Source: Opitutales bacterium
Lineage (GTDB): Bacteria > Verrucomicrobiota > Verrucomicrobiia > Opitutales > Seribacteraceae
NCBI GenBank assembly: GCA_028042835.1
Contig: JAOFOL010000008.1
Location: 674 to 64,673 of the forward strand
Length of the DNA: 64,000 nucleotides
Reading direction: 5' to 3'
Position numbers and translations under genes: made by a program. The notes under the pieces were generated by a model. That model saw nothing but the letters and a program-made list of their open reading frames with translations. It was not told the origin of the DNA and did no database searches. Below, piece by piece: positions 49,337 to 59,710 of this stretch; position 1 is the stretch's first letter, and every line of letters begins with the position of its first letter.

Positions 49337-50875
49337 CTAAATATTTCTATCTAAACTACGATACTGGATGGCTTCAAGAAGATGTTTTTTTTGAATCCTT
49401 AATGATTCATCGAGATCTGCAATTGTACGAGAAACTTTCAGAATTTTATTATAAGCTCTTGCAGATAAAGATAACTGTTTCATTGCATTGCGAATGAGTT
49501 TCTGTTCCTGAGGGCCAATTTCACAGATTTCATCCATTAAATGTTGCGGAATATTAGAATTTGTAGTTCCGTTTATTCCGAATCTTTTGGATCTTTCTCC
49601 CTGAAAATCCCTACAATTCTCTACTCGAAGGCGGATTGCGTTAGATGGTTCACCTGAATCACGACTTTGTAACTCTTCTATTTTTACCGCGGGAGTATCC
49701 ACATGAATATCTATTCTATCAAGTAATGGACCACTTATTTTAGCTCTGTACTTTTGAATTTGGGGAATTGAACAACGGCAGTTATTCTGAGGGTCGCCCA
49801 AAAATCCGCAAGGACAAGGATTCATCGCTGCGACAAGCATAAAACGACAAGGAAGTGTTACTTTGCCAGCGCTACGAGAAATCGTAACAATACCATCCTC
49901 TAAGGGTTGTCGTAGTACTTCGAGTGCTGATCTTTTAAACTCAGGCAATTCGTCGAGAAATAATATTCCGTTGTGAGCGAGAGAAATTTCGCCTGGTCCT
50001 GGTATTGTACCGCCTCCAAGTAACCCGACATCACTAATTGTGTGATGCGGAGAACGAACAGGTCTTTGCATACCTTTAGAAAGAATGAATTTTGAATCTC
50101 CTTGGATCGAATAAATATTTAATATTTCTAAGAATTCCTCCATGCTCGGCTTTGGTAGGACTGATGGAATGCGCTTAGCAACCATCGACTTGCCGGCACC
50201 CGGCGGTCCTATGACAAGAAGATTATGCCCTCCTGCTACAGAAATCTCTACAGCACGTCTTAACGCATGCTGCCCCTTCACATCAGAGAAATCTTCGGCA
50301 GATTGGGATTTCTTTACTTTTGAAAAAGGGCTGTCAATAGGAAGCAGAGGGGCTTTATCATAATCGCCTTCGAAGAAACTTACAGCCTCCGCCAGACTTT
50401 CTATCCCGTAAATTTCAATACCCTCAATTAAACAAGCCTCCAATGCAGACTGCTTTGGTAAAAGGATGCCTTTTTTCCCGGTTGCACGTGCAAGTACTGC
50501 CATTGCGAGTCCTCCCTTAACACCTCTAACCTCTCCAGACAAAGCAAGTTCCCCTGCAATTAAAAATTGATCGAGGCGATTATTTTGTATCTGCCCGGTT
50601 GATGCCAGGAGAGTTAATGCAATGGGTAGGTCAAATGCTGCACCTTCTTTTTTTAAATCTCCTGGTGCTAAATTTATTGTCACATGAGTTCTCGGTTTAT
50701 TAAACCCAGCATTACTTATGCTTGAAAAAACTCGATCCATTGACTCCTTCACAGATGCATCAGGTAACCCAACCAAAACACACTTTGGGTCCCCTTTTTC
50801 TCCGCTATTAGACTCAACCGTTACTTGCAATGCTGATACACCTGAAAGGGTTGCTGAGAATGTAGTAGACAGCAT
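49337..50875 (-). CDS. comM: YifB/ComM Mg-chelatase-like AAA+ ATPase
   Basis: [48 protein letters not shown]. Confidence 0.95.
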   Translation of the reverse strand: MLSTTFSATLSGVSALQVTVESNSGEKGDPKCVLVGLPDASVKESMDRVFSSISNAGFNKPRTHVTINLAPGDLKKEGAAFDLPIALTLLASTGQIQNNRLDQFLIAGELALSGEVRGVKGGLAMAVLARATGKKGILLPKQSALEACLIEGIEIYGIESLAEAVSFFEGDYDKAPLLPIDSPFSKVKKSQSAEDFSDVKGQHALRRAVEISVAGGHNLLVIGPPGAGKSMVAKRIPSVLPKPSMEEFLEILNIYSIQGDSKFILSKGMQRPVRSPHHTISDVGLLGGGTIPGPGEISLAHNGILFLDELPEFKRSALEVLRQPLEDGIVTISRSAGKVTLPCRFMLVAAMNPCPCGFLGDPQNNCRCSIPQIQKYRAKISGPLLDRIDIHVDTPAVKIEELQSRDSGEPSNAIRLRVENCRDFQGERSKRFGINGTTNSNIPQHLMDEICEIGPQEQKLIRNAMKQLSLSARAYNKILKVSRTIADLDESLRIQKKHLLEAIQYRSLDRNI

Positions 50876-50881
50876 ATAAAT

Positions 50882-51472
50882 TTATTCCGTTCGTTCTTTA
50901 ACTAATTTAGCAATATCCTTAAATGAAGGATGATCAGAATTATTTAAATATGAATATGCAATTGTCTCAAGTGGAATGATGCAACAATCAAAGGATCTAA
51001 GTTGATTTAAGGCCATATAAGCATCATCTGCTCGCCTGGCTCCGACGCAGTCGGACAAAACTGTTACATTAAGCCCTTCCCTTAAAGCATCAACGCAAGT
51101 TTGGTATACACAAATTGTCGTTTCTATACCTAAAATTAACAAATGAGATATTTTATTACTTTTAACCCAATCCAAAAATTCAGGGGAACCGAAAGCTGAA
51201 AATGTATTTTTTTCGAAAACTGGTACTTGAGTCGTATCTTTTGTTAACTCTGCTATGGTTGTGCCAAGCTTTTGCGGGACCTGCTCAGTAAAACAGAATG
51301 GGATCTGCAAGACCCTCAAAATGTCAGCCCCTAAAACAATACTTTCCTTTAGTCTAATTCTATCATCAATTGCGTTAAGAAGGTTATCCTGGACATCCAT
51401 TATGACTGCTCCAAGTCGATTATGTTCTTTGCTATTTATGGTACTAGATTTTTTATTATTTTTAAACTTCAT
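50882..51472 (-). CDS. isochorismatase-family cysteine hydrolase
   Basis: DVQ, TEQ-x-P-x2-LG-x-T, K-x2-FSA, GIETTICV-x-QT. Confidence 0.9.
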   Translation of the reverse strand: MKFKNNKKSSTINSKEHNRLGAVIMDVQDNLLNAIDDRIRLKESIVLGADILRVLQIPFCFTEQVPQKLGTTIAELTKDTTQVPVFEKNTFSAFGSPEFLDWVKSNKISHLLILGIETTICVYQTCVDALREGLNVTVLSDCVGARRADDAYMALNQLRSFDCCIIPLETIAYSYLNNSDHPSFKDIAKLVKERTE

Positions 51473-51550
51473 TGCCAAGATGGGTTCTATTCCTGATAAA
51501 AGAAAAGTACGACCCTCTATTTATTTAATGATAAAACTTTCAATTCAACC

Positions 51551-52033
51551 ATGAAAAAATTTGGATTTTTAATACCAATTCTTCTTTGCGTTTTCTTTAT
51601 AAGCATTACCAACTGTAGAAATCGTCGATCAGACCCAAGTAAAATTACCATGCGACCAAGGGTTTTCATAGAAAATGCGACTCCAGTTCCCATTATTGAC
51701 GAATACGATTTCACTGGCGTCCAAGTTGGTACAATCGAAAACATTTTCACTGAAGATTTAGAGGATAGAACATATGCACTTTGGTTCACATTAGATAGAA
51801 GAAGTGCAATCACCCTGCAAAAAGCCTCAATTCGTAACAGAGGCCGTGTCCTTCAGTTAATTATTGGAGGACAGGTTGTGGGGTTCCATGTTGTACAAAA
51901 AGCAATTACGAACGGAGTTATTCCGTTTGTTCTGGCAACCAAGCTTTCTGAAGAGAATGCAATGCTCCTTTATCGTGAGTTAGCCCAATCTATTACTCAC
52001 CTTCAGGCCGAATTAGAAGATCAAAAAGGATGA
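51551..52033 (+). CDS. exported protein resembling an isolated SecD/SecF P1 head subdomain
   Basis: Signal or lipoprotein N-terminus; L-x-F...NRGRVLQLIIGGQVV...I-x-NG. Confidence 0.55.
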   Translation: MKKFGFLIPILLCVFFISITNCRNRRSDPSKITMRPRVFIENATPVPIIDEYDFTGVQVGTIENIFTEDLEDRTYALWFTLDRRSAITLQKASIRNRGRVLQLIIGGQVVGFHVVQKAITNGVIPFVLATKLSEENAMLLYRELAQSITHLQAELEDQKG

Positions 52034-53064
52034 TGAATAAGGGTCACCAATTTTTGATATTTTTTTGCAATTGCTGCTTTTATTTGACCAAGGCATTTAG
52101 TTTAGAAGTAGCCCCAAATTTTCAGTTGTCGTGGCCAACGCCAAATCCAGCATTTGCCCAAGGAATGGGGTACTCCGCATTCCTACAAAAAACTGGTCCC
52201 GGTAAGGCATTTTCATCAGGGTCATTTGGCTGTGTTAGAAACAATGGATACAAATTTCATGAAGGCTTAGATCTCTATCCACTAAAAAGAGATTCCAAAG
52301 GTAGAGCAACAGATGCGATTTATTCGGCAATGGAAGGCGTGGTCAGTCATGTGAACAATGTCTCAGGCTACAGTGCATATGGTAAATATATCGTATTGAC
52401 CCACAATCAAGTTAAACCAGCTTTGTATTCCTTATATGGTCACTTAGCATCCGTTGATTTAAAAGTCAAAGTTGGCGCAAAGATTAATGTGGCTCAAGAA
52501 ATCGGAAAAATGGGTAATAGTGCATCTTACAGTATCCCGTTAAACCGTTCTCATTTACATTTTGAAATCGGACTTCGTCTAACAAACCGTTTTCAGGATT
52601 GGTTTAATAAAAAGTCATTCAGCACGATAAATCGCCATGGAAACTACAGTGGTTTCAACCTTGTTGGCATCGACCCCCTTCCCTTTTATTCTGAATTCCG
52701 TAAGAAATCCTTCAAGATGCCCGTTGACTACATCAAATCACTTCCACAAGAAGCTAAAATCAGAGTGAAGACTAGTGTGATTCCAGATTTTACGAAAAGA
52801 TACCCTGAATTGAGCCATTTTTTCCCTGAAAATAAAAAATGGAATGGATGGGAATGTATATTTGGACCTTATGGATTACCTATTACATTGCAGCAGACTG
52901 ATCAATGCATCGCAAGTGAACCGGACTTAAAGGTAATTAGTTACGATCAACAAAATGATGATCGTAAGTGCAGAAAGCTCGTCGAAAAAAGAAATGGTAA
53001 GATCGTGCCAGCTGAACAAATGAAACTCTACCTTGAGCTCTTATTTGGATTAAAACTTGGATAA
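52030..53064 (+). CDS. M23 family metallopeptidase
   Basis: HEGLD (HxxxD), YGKYI, YGHL, HLHFEI. Confidence 0.9.
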   Translation: MMNKGHQFLIFFCNCCFYLTKAFSLEVAPNFQLSWPTPNPAFAQGMGYSAFLQKTGPGKAFSSGSFGCVRNNGYKFHEGLDLYPLKRDSKGRATDAIYSAMEGVVSHVNNVSGYSAYGKYIVLTHNQVKPALYSLYGHLASVDLKVKVGAKINVAQEIGKMGNSASYSIPLNRSHLHFEIGLRLTNRFQDWFNKKSFSTINRHGNYSGFNLVGIDPLPFYSEFRKKSFKMPVDYIKSLPQEAKIRVKTSVIPDFTKRYPELSHFFPENKKWNGWECIFGPYGLPITLQQTDQCIASEPDLKVISYDQQNDDRKCRKLVEKRNGKIVPAEQMKLYLELLFGLKLG

Positions 53065-54166
53065 AGTTTATCAGATTGCAGTTTTTGTATCTGACCATGG
53101 ATTTGGACACGGCACGAGGACATGTTCTGTTTTAAAAGAAATTGTCAAATTAGTAACTTGCGAGCTAACGATCTTCTCCAATCTTCCTAGTTGGTTTTTT
53201 GATCAAAACCTCGGAAAGGCTACTAAATTTAAACATTACCAATTCAAAGTGGATATTGGCCTTATACAAAATGGCCCCTTCATTCATGATGTTAAAAAAA
53301 CGATTAAGTTGTTAATCGAGTTCTTAGAATTCAAAAGTTGCGAGGTCGAAAACATAGAAGAAATTTGTAGTAAACAAAGTCATGATTTAATTATTTCAGA
53401 TATTTCTCCATTAGGAATTCATTTAGCAGATAAATTAAACATTCCATCGGTATTGGTTGAAAACTTCACTTGGGAATGGATTTACGAGGAGTATCGGAAG
53501 GAATTTCCTGACATTGAGTTTGTAATTATGTTGATGAGAAGAATATACGAACGCGTAAATTTACGAATTCAAGCGACGCCATTTTGTAATAAAATATCAT
53601 CCGCTATTCCCGTACCTCCGATTTCAAGAAAGTTAAAAGAAAAACCTTATGAAATTAAAAAGAAATTAGGTATACCTATTTTTTCTAAAGTTTTTTTAAT
53701 TACTACCGGTGGCATTTTCAAGAAAGTCTACAGTGCTGATAAAATGGCCAAGCATGAAGATTGTACATTCATCTGCTCAAGTGAAGAACCTGAAATAAGG
53801 CATGAAAAAAACTTAATTTCTCTGCCTCTAAAATCTGAAATACATTATCCAGATCTAGTCAATACCTCAGATTTAGTTGTAGGGAAAGTAGGCTATGGCA
53901 CATTAGCAGAGTGTTGGCTTACAGATACTCCTTTACTCGGATGCTTCAGAGAAAACTTTAGGGAATCCCATATACTTCAAGAATATGCTAATAAGCACTT
54001 ACATTCTCATGAATTATCTGTCGATGAGTTTGAGAAAATGAATTGGATAGAAAGAGCTATTGGTATTTTAGAAATTAGTAAAAGGGAAAAGTTGCTATCA
54101 AAAGTGAACGGTGCAGAAGTGGCTGCACAATCTATTGCTAAATTCATTAGTAAGATAAATCGATAA
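53057..54166 (+). CDS. GT-B glycosyltransferase-like protein
   Basis: SDHGFGHGTR, ENFTW, K-x-GYGT-x2-E, F-x-E, NGA; TTG start. Confidence 0.75.
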   Translation: MDKVYQIAVFVSDHGFGHGTRTCSVLKEIVKLVTCELTIFSNLPSWFFDQNLGKATKFKHYQFKVDIGLIQNGPFIHDVKKTIKLLIEFLEFKSCEVENIEEICSKQSHDLIISDISPLGIHLADKLNIPSVLVENFTWEWIYEEYRKEFPDIEFVIMLMRRIYERVNLRIQATPFCNKISSAIPVPPISRKLKEKPYEIKKKLGIPIFSKVFLITTGGIFKKVYSADKMAKHEDCTFICSSEEPEIRHEKNLISLPLKSEIHYPDLVNTSDLVVGKVGYGTLAECWLTDTPLLGCFRENFRESHILQEYANKHLHSHELSVDEFEKMNWIERAIGILEISKREKLLSKVNGAEVAAQSIAKFISKINR

Positions 54167-54218
54167 TTTGAAAAATTCGGTTCGTAATCTGTCTCAATAT
54201 CTGAGCAAATAGAACCTA

Positions 54219-55031
54219 ATGAAATCATGCGTAACTATTTCTCTGGTACCATCACTTAAAGGAGGTCCATGGATTCTGTGGGGTAAATTAGAAGAGGCTT
54301 TACAATCTGCTTCAGAAATGGGCTTTGATGGCATTGAGCTCTTTACAGAATCACCTTCGCTAGACTCACCCGATGATCTGGGTGCACTACTCGCCAGATA
54401 TAATCTTTCCCTCGGTGCAGTAGGTACAGGTGCAGGGAAGGTTATTCACGGTCTTTCCCTAACGGATCCAGATAAAGAAGTTCGAAGTAAAGCCATCACT
54501 TTTATTAAGAACATGATTGATTTTGGTGCACAATTCGGTTCACCGACCATACTCGGCTCGATGCAAGGTGGCTCAACTAAAGATGTGCCAAGAGATACAG
54601 CTTTAGATTACCTTTCACAAGCCCTTGAAGTACTTGGCGAGCATGCAAAGGCGGGCGGGACATTCTTTATTTATGAGCCATTAAATCGTTACGAAACAAA
54701 TTTATTCAACCATTTCAACGAGGCTGCCACTTTCCTAAAAGGTTTATCAACCGACAGTGTCAAACTCTTAGCTGACCTTTTTCACATGAACATTGAAGAA
54801 GAAAATATTGCTGAAGCGATAAAGTCAGACTCCAAGCATCTTGGTCATGTACACTTTGCGGATAGTAATCGTAGACCCGTTGGTTATGGGCATTCAAACA
54901 TCACCCCAATCGCCGCATGTCTCAAGGAAATCAACTTCAAAGGGTATATCTCGGCTGAAGCGTTCCCTTGGCCTGACCCTCAACTTGCCGCCCAAAAAAC
55001 TATTGATTCCTATCGTAAGTTTTTCACCTGA
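54219..55031 (+). CDS. sugar phosphate isomerase/epimerase (AP2Ec TIM barrel, IolO-like)
   Basis: GFDGIEL, EPLNRYE, DLFHMNIEE, HVHFADSNR, SAE. Confidence 0.9.
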   Translation: MKSCVTISLVPSLKGGPWILWGKLEEALQSASEMGFDGIELFTESPSLDSPDDLGALLARYNLSLGAVGTGAGKVIHGLSLTDPDKEVRSKAITFIKNMIDFGAQFGSPTILGSMQGGSTKDVPRDTALDYLSQALEVLGEHAKAGGTFFIYEPLNRYETNLFNHFNEAATFLKGLSTDSVKLLADLFHMNIEEENIAEAIKSDSKHLGHVHFADSNRRPVGYGHSNITPIAACLKEINFKGYISAEAFPWPDPQLAAQKTIDSYRKFFT

Positions 55032-55234
55032 CCAGAAATTGCATCGGTATGAAAAAAAGAACCAATGAAATTCTGATTATAAAAAAGTCAAGGACACCGC
55101 AAAAAGTGAACTGAGTAACTTGAAAGTGATAAGTTATATGACAAATCCTATTTTTTAGATTTATCCAAAGTAAGTAAAAGCCAAATATCATTAACACAGA
55201 AAAAACAAAAACGAAAAACCCGCCAAAGACTACC

Positions 55235-56716
55235 TTGGGCATCTTAAGGAACCTTGGACCAGGTCTAATACTTGCCGGTTCAATCGTCGGTTCAGGCGAA
55301 CTTATTGCAACGACGAGAACTGGAGCTGAAGCTCATTTTGATTTCCTATGGTTAATCATAATTGGATGCGTAATAAAAGTTTTCGCACAAATCGAATTTG
55401 GGCGTCATGTAATAACATTTGGAAAGTCCTCCCTTGAGTCCCTTAACGAACTCCCTGGACCCTGCTTTCATTCGACCAATAAGCATGGGAAAATTCGTGC
55501 TAATTGGATACTAATATTTTGGGTTGTGATGTTTCTCTCGATACTCGGGCAACAGGGTGGAATCGTGGGAGGCGTAGGGCAGGCATTAGCAATTACCCTT
55601 CCGATCACGGAGCAAGGTGCTGAAAAAAACAAGATATTAAGCGACAAAGTTTCGCTTACGATTAAATTGAAAGAAGCAGAGTCTAGTATTGACCATGAAT
55701 CGATTGAACTGCTTAAGTCAAAAATCAAGAATCTGCCTCCTCTGCCTGAGGCTAATGATGATTTATATTGGTCCTTACTTATTTCAGGTCTCACAATATT
55801 CCTGTTATTGAATGGAAAATTCTCACTGATTGAAAAATTCTGTATAATATTGGTTTCAAGTTTCACTCTTATTACTATACTGAATTTATTTGCTCTGCAG
55901 GCGAATGAATCATGGGCAATCAAATTGGATGAAATAATTCATGGATTAAGTTTTTCATTTCCGAAGAACGAAAACGGGCTTAATCCATTAATGACAGCAT
56001 TGGCTACCTTTGGTATTATTGGTGTCGGGGCATCTGAAATACTAGTTTATCCCTATTGGTGCACAGAGAAAGGTTATGGTGCATTCACCGGTAAAAGAGA
56101 CCAGAGTATAGAATGGCTAGCTAGAGCTAAAGGCTGGATTAAAGTCATGAAATGGGATGCCTGGGGTTCGATGTTAATTTATACTTTTTGCACGATTGCT
56201 TTTTATCTCTTAGGTGCTTCTATTTTGGGTAGATCCGGATTAGTGCCTGCTGGTTCAGAAATGATCCAGACCTTATCATCTATGTATTCTCCAGTCTTTG
56301 GGAAATGGGCTCAGATCATTTTCCTTGTTGGTTCTGTCGCAGTACTATTTTCTACTTTTTTTGTGGCACTTGCTGGTCAAAGCAGGATGGCGGTTGATGC
56401 TCTTGTAACATCAGGATTGATTCCCAATGAGTCCACCTTAAGGGGGAAACTTATTAAAAGCCTTGGCGTTGCTTTACCGCTGATCTGTGTAACTTGTTAT
56501 GCATTTTTCCCTAAACCAGTACTACTAATACTTATATCAGGATCAATGCAGGCACTAATGCTACCAATTGTAGGTTTTGCAGTTCTTTATTTCAGGTATA
56601 AAAAATCTGATAAACGAATCGGTCATTCAAAGCTTTGGGATACCATGCTTTGGATATCTTTTATCAGCTTTCTTATCCTTGGTGCATACCAATTGTATTC
56701 TAAACTTTTTTCTTAA
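55235..56716 (+). CDS. NRAMP-like (APC superfamily) transporter
   Basis: LGPGLILAGSIVGSGELIATT, FGIIGVGASE-x3-YPYW, about 11 TM helices; the start may lie upstream (see findings). Confidence 0.85.
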   Translation: MGILRNLGPGLILAGSIVGSGELIATTRTGAEAHFDFLWLIIIGCVIKVFAQIEFGRHVITFGKSSLESLNELPGPCFHSTNKHGKIRANWILIFWVVMFLSILGQQGGIVGGVGQALAITLPITEQGAEKNKILSDKVSLTIKLKEAESSIDHESIELLKSKIKNLPPLPEANDDLYWSLLISGLTIFLLLNGKFSLIEKFCIILVSSFTLITILNLFALQANESWAIKLDEIIHGLSFSFPKNENGLNPLMTALATFGIIGVGASEILVYPYWCTEKGYGAFTGKRDQSIEWLARAKGWIKVMKWDAWGSMLIYTFCTIAFYLLGASILGRSGLVPAGSEMIQTLSSMYSPVFGKWAQIIFLVGSVAVLFSTFFVALAGQSRMAVDALVTSGLIPNESTLRGKLIKSLGVALPLICVTCYAFFPKPVLLILISGSMQALMLPIVGFAVLYFRYKKSDKRIGHSKLWDTMLWISFISFLILGAYQLYSKLFS

Positions 56717-56738
56717 TCTCATTTCTGTTATCAATAAG

Positions 56739-57815
56739 GTGAAAGAAGGAAGTTTCATTCCAAATTCAAGTAACTTACATTCCAACCTTTTTGGATTAGT
56801 TGTTTCAAGTCTATGCTTAATTGCACTAGTAAGCTTTCATGAAACGCCATTGACTAGAGCAAGTCATGTAATTCCTCAAAAAAAAGTTAAATCCATCGAA
56901 GTTCAATGGGCAATAAAACCTGTAGTCGAACCTGAAAAGGATTCGAAGAGATTTGTTGAAGCCAACCCCAACAGTCCATTAAATCAACCCGATAAAACAA
57001 ACAACTTTTCTTTCCGAGATCAACAAGCGGCGCAACCAACTATATCAAAACAAAAAAAAACTGGAGAAATGCCTGAAACTAAAGGAGTTGAATTCTCATC
57101 TAAGATATCTCCCACAGCAAGAGAATCACCTGCAAGCAAAAGATTAAAACCAGTAACTCCTCAAAAACAAAAGCCTAATAAGTCGAATCAGAAAAAGGAG
57201 CAATCACCTCCCAAAACACCTCCAGAAGAGTTCAAGGATAAGCCATTGAGTGATGAGGGACTGGCAGTTAGAGGTTCTGAAAAAGATGGAGTCAATAAGA
57301 TTATTGATCTTAGCAAAAAAAATAAATCAAAAGATCAAAAGAAAAAAATAGACGAAGGAGAAAATACAATATCACCATCACAAGAAATTAACACTATAGC
57401 AACGAGACCACGCCCCAAACTCTCTCCTGACTTATTGCGGGGACCACTAATGAAAACCGTATCAAGTGCACCGCGAATGGGCGTTTTAGCGATTGAGTGC
57501 AGATTGCACCCCTACGGAGTTTATGTGCAAGAAATGCTTCGTTCAATTGAAGATCAATGGCATCATCTAGCCCATGGTTCATTACATTTTTTACAAAACG
57601 ATAAATTAAAATCTAAAATAACCTACCGGTTCACCTTAAAGGCAGATGGTACAATACAAGGACTTCTTTTAACGAGTAATGAAAAGACTTCACTTCCTGC
57701 GGAATTATGTAGGCAAGCAATTGCTTCAAGGGTACCTTATGGGGAATGGACCCAACAGATGATTGATGACTTCGGTCAGACTGACGAAATCACAATACAT
57801 TTTAATTACAAATGA
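56739..57815 (+). CDS. TonB/TolA-like membrane-anchored protein
   Basis: GTG 56739; TM helix, Lys/Pro-rich linker, C-domain YVQEML-x2-I-x2-QW...F-x-L-x2-DG-x-I. Confidence 0.65.
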   Translation: MKEGSFIPNSSNLHSNLFGLVVSSLCLIALVSFHETPLTRASHVIPQKKVKSIEVQWAIKPVVEPEKDSKRFVEANPNSPLNQPDKTNNFSFRDQQAAQPTISKQKKTGEMPETKGVEFSSKISPTARESPASKRLKPVTPQKQKPNKSNQKKEQSPPKTPPEEFKDKPLSDEGLAVRGSEKDGVNKIIDLSKKNKSKDQKKKIDEGENTISPSQEINTIATRPRPKLSPDLLRGPLMKTVSSAPRMGVLAIECRLHPYGVYVQEMLRSIEDQWHHLAHGSLHFLQNDKLKSKITYRFTLKADGTIQGLLLTSNEKTSLPAELCRQAIASRVPYGEWTQQMIDDFGQTDEITIHFNYK

Positions 57816-58567
57816 ATAAAGTAAGTGAACTAGGTATTCCGCTAGATAAAAATTGCCAACTTATTGAACACCATTCTTCTGGTGTTTTTGCCTTTGAAAA
57901 AGCACCCGGCGTGCTAAGTCATCCAAATAATAAGTTGTCCAAGAAATCCCGTTCTCTTCTAAATGCAGAATATTGCAAAGAAGAGGAATGCTATGAATGG
58001 CAAAATAGCGATGGAACAAAAAAGAAATTATACCTATGCCACCGTTTGGACTCACCTACGTCTGGAATTATCATTGGTTCAACTGATTCAAAAATAGCAG
58101 AAAATCTCAAAAAGAAATTTGAAAATAGAGAAGTCGAAAAAACATACCTGGCAATTACTCCGCACAATCCTAAGGTTAGAGAAGGGATTTGGCGGGATAG
58201 GCTTATTGAAAAAAGGAATGATGGAAATTTGAGAGTTGTTCGGGGGAATGGACCAGAATGCTTGGTTAAAGTGAAAATTCTCAGAAGAAATTGCTCAAGG
58301 TATAATCTACAACTGATCGAAATGAAACCTCTTACTGGCAGAACCCACCAGCTCAGGGTTCAAAGTATGCTGAGGAGGGTCCCTATCCTTGGAGATAAAA
58401 CATATGGAGACTTTTCCCTGAACAGAAGAATACAAAAAGCTACTAAACTAGATCGTTTGTGCCTTCACTCTGCAGAAATCAGATTTACTTATGATTTCGA
58501 AAATAAGGAAGTCGAATTTAGATGCGAATGTCCTCTTCCAAGATTGATGGGAAAAATACTGACATAA
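57812..58567 (+). CDS. RluA-family pseudouridine synthase (no S4 domain)
   Basis: K-x2-G-x2-SHP, HRLDSPTSG, TGRTHQLRV, PILGDKTYG. Confidence 0.92.
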   Translation: MNKVSELGIPLDKNCQLIEHHSSGVFAFEKAPGVLSHPNNKLSKKSRSLLNAEYCKEEECYEWQNSDGTKKKLYLCHRLDSPTSGIIIGSTDSKIAENLKKKFENREVEKTYLAITPHNPKVREGIWRDRLIEKRNDGNLRVVRGNGPECLVKVKILRRNCSRYNLQLIEMKPLTGRTHQLRVQSMLRRVPILGDKTYGDFSLNRRIQKATKLDRLCLHSAEIRFTYDFENKEVEFRCECPLPRLMGKILT

Positions 58568-58575
58568 GGCATATT

Positions 58576-59565
58576 TTATAAGTCAAAGTTCGCAGAAGCT
58601 ACAAATATATGGCTACTTATTCGGTCATAAGCATCCTCTGCGGCAGAGAGGAAGTATCTGTAGTCGATCCCTAAGCTTAAGTTTTCACGAAATCTGTACC
58701 CTACCCCGATTACAAAATCATAAATAAAACTTTCGCCTGAGTATTCCTGGGAGTCTTCTATCGAGATAAACCCAACTCCCATACCTAATCCTGCTCGTAA
58801 ATCAAAAGATTCACCGAGCTCATGCTCAATAACAAGTCGAGTTAGCAATCCATGAGAACCGACTTTATAATTGTTTCCACCACCAATTGCTTGTCCATCG
58901 AAACCTTGAAAAGAATATTCCGCCTCCCATCTTACTGTATCAAAATCTTTACCAAATTGAAGTCCAAGCAAATAGCCACTTTCAGATTCAAATGGTATTT
59001 TCCCGTTTACGAGATCACGAACAGCCCCATCTTTAGGAAAAGTAAAACCTATGAGCGGCCCAAAATAATAACCTTCATGACGTTCATAAACGATAACTTC
59101 AGTTGATACAGAGTCTGCATTGTCGCTGTTAGATGGATTAGTAGCATCATCAGGGTCGCTTAATTCTAAGCCCTTGGACAAATTTGATTCATTATTTTCC
59201 GCAGAGGTAACACTTGAAACTTGTGGTAGCGTGCTTGGTACAACCGTTTTATTCGGAACTGAAATTTCTCGAGGTTTTTTAACTTCGTAATACTCGGGGA
59301 CAGGTAAGTACGGAGCAGGAGGAACAGGGGGCATAGACTCTAATGAAGGTACTTTATTAGTTCTTCTTACTGGAAGATCAAAATTGGTAGGAGTAAGGTT
59401 ACTTTCAGATAGTAACTCAGAAATCTGCCTCTCGTGTTCAGAAGACTTTGATTTTAACGCAGAGACTTTATCAGAAAATGCATAATTCTTATCGGAAGGA
59501 ACTTGAGCAAGTACAGAGCACTTCAGTAAGGCGAGAGAAGATATCCACAAAATAGAAAATTTCAT
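58576..59565 (-). CDS. outer-membrane small beta-barrel protein with long N-terminal low-complexity extension
   Basis: Signal peptide; C-terminal amphipathic strands RWEAEYSF, AGLGMG, GVGYRF, DYRYF. Confidence 0.75.
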   Translation of the reverse strand: MKFSILWISSLALLKCSVLAQVPSDKNYAFSDKVSALKSKSSEHERQISELLSESNLTPTNFDLPVRRTNKVPSLESMPPVPPAPYLPVPEYYEVKKPREISVPNKTVVPSTLPQVSSVTSAENNESNLSKGLELSDPDDATNPSNSDNADSVSTEVIVYERHEGYYFGPLIGFTFPKDGAVRDLVNGKIPFESESGYLLGLQFGKDFDTVRWEAEYSFQGFDGQAIGGGNNYKVGSHGLLTRLVIEHELGESFDLRAGLGMGVGFISIEDSQEYSGESFIYDFVIGVGYRFRENLSLGIDYRYFLSAAEDAYDRISSHIFVASANFDL

Positions 59566-59618
59566 ATATAAGATAAACCACTCTCTAATTTATTTCCGAA
59601 AAAGAAAAGTCTGAAAAC

Positions 59619-59664
59619 AAAAAAAAAAGCGCCGGGCGGTAGATTGGCGGGAACCGCCCGGCGC
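59619..59664 (-). terminator. strong Rho-independent terminator
   Basis: Perfect 12-bp stem GCGCCGGGCGGT/ACCGCCCGGCGC, 12-nt loop, U10 tract on the minus strand. Confidence 0.88.
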
Positions 59665-59710
59665 GGGTGTGGTGGATGGGAAATAAAGTTATTAACAATG
59701 AAGCGTTTTG

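Noticed and set aside
49337-50875. comM interrupted by an integrated element
   Set aside because: The ORF is intact at 512 aa and I saw no duplicated 3' fragment nearby.
55024-55242. 72-aa hydrophobic minus-strand ORF and a 21-aa plus-strand uORF
   Set aside because: The composition is explained by A-rich intergenic DNA and there is no supporting motif.
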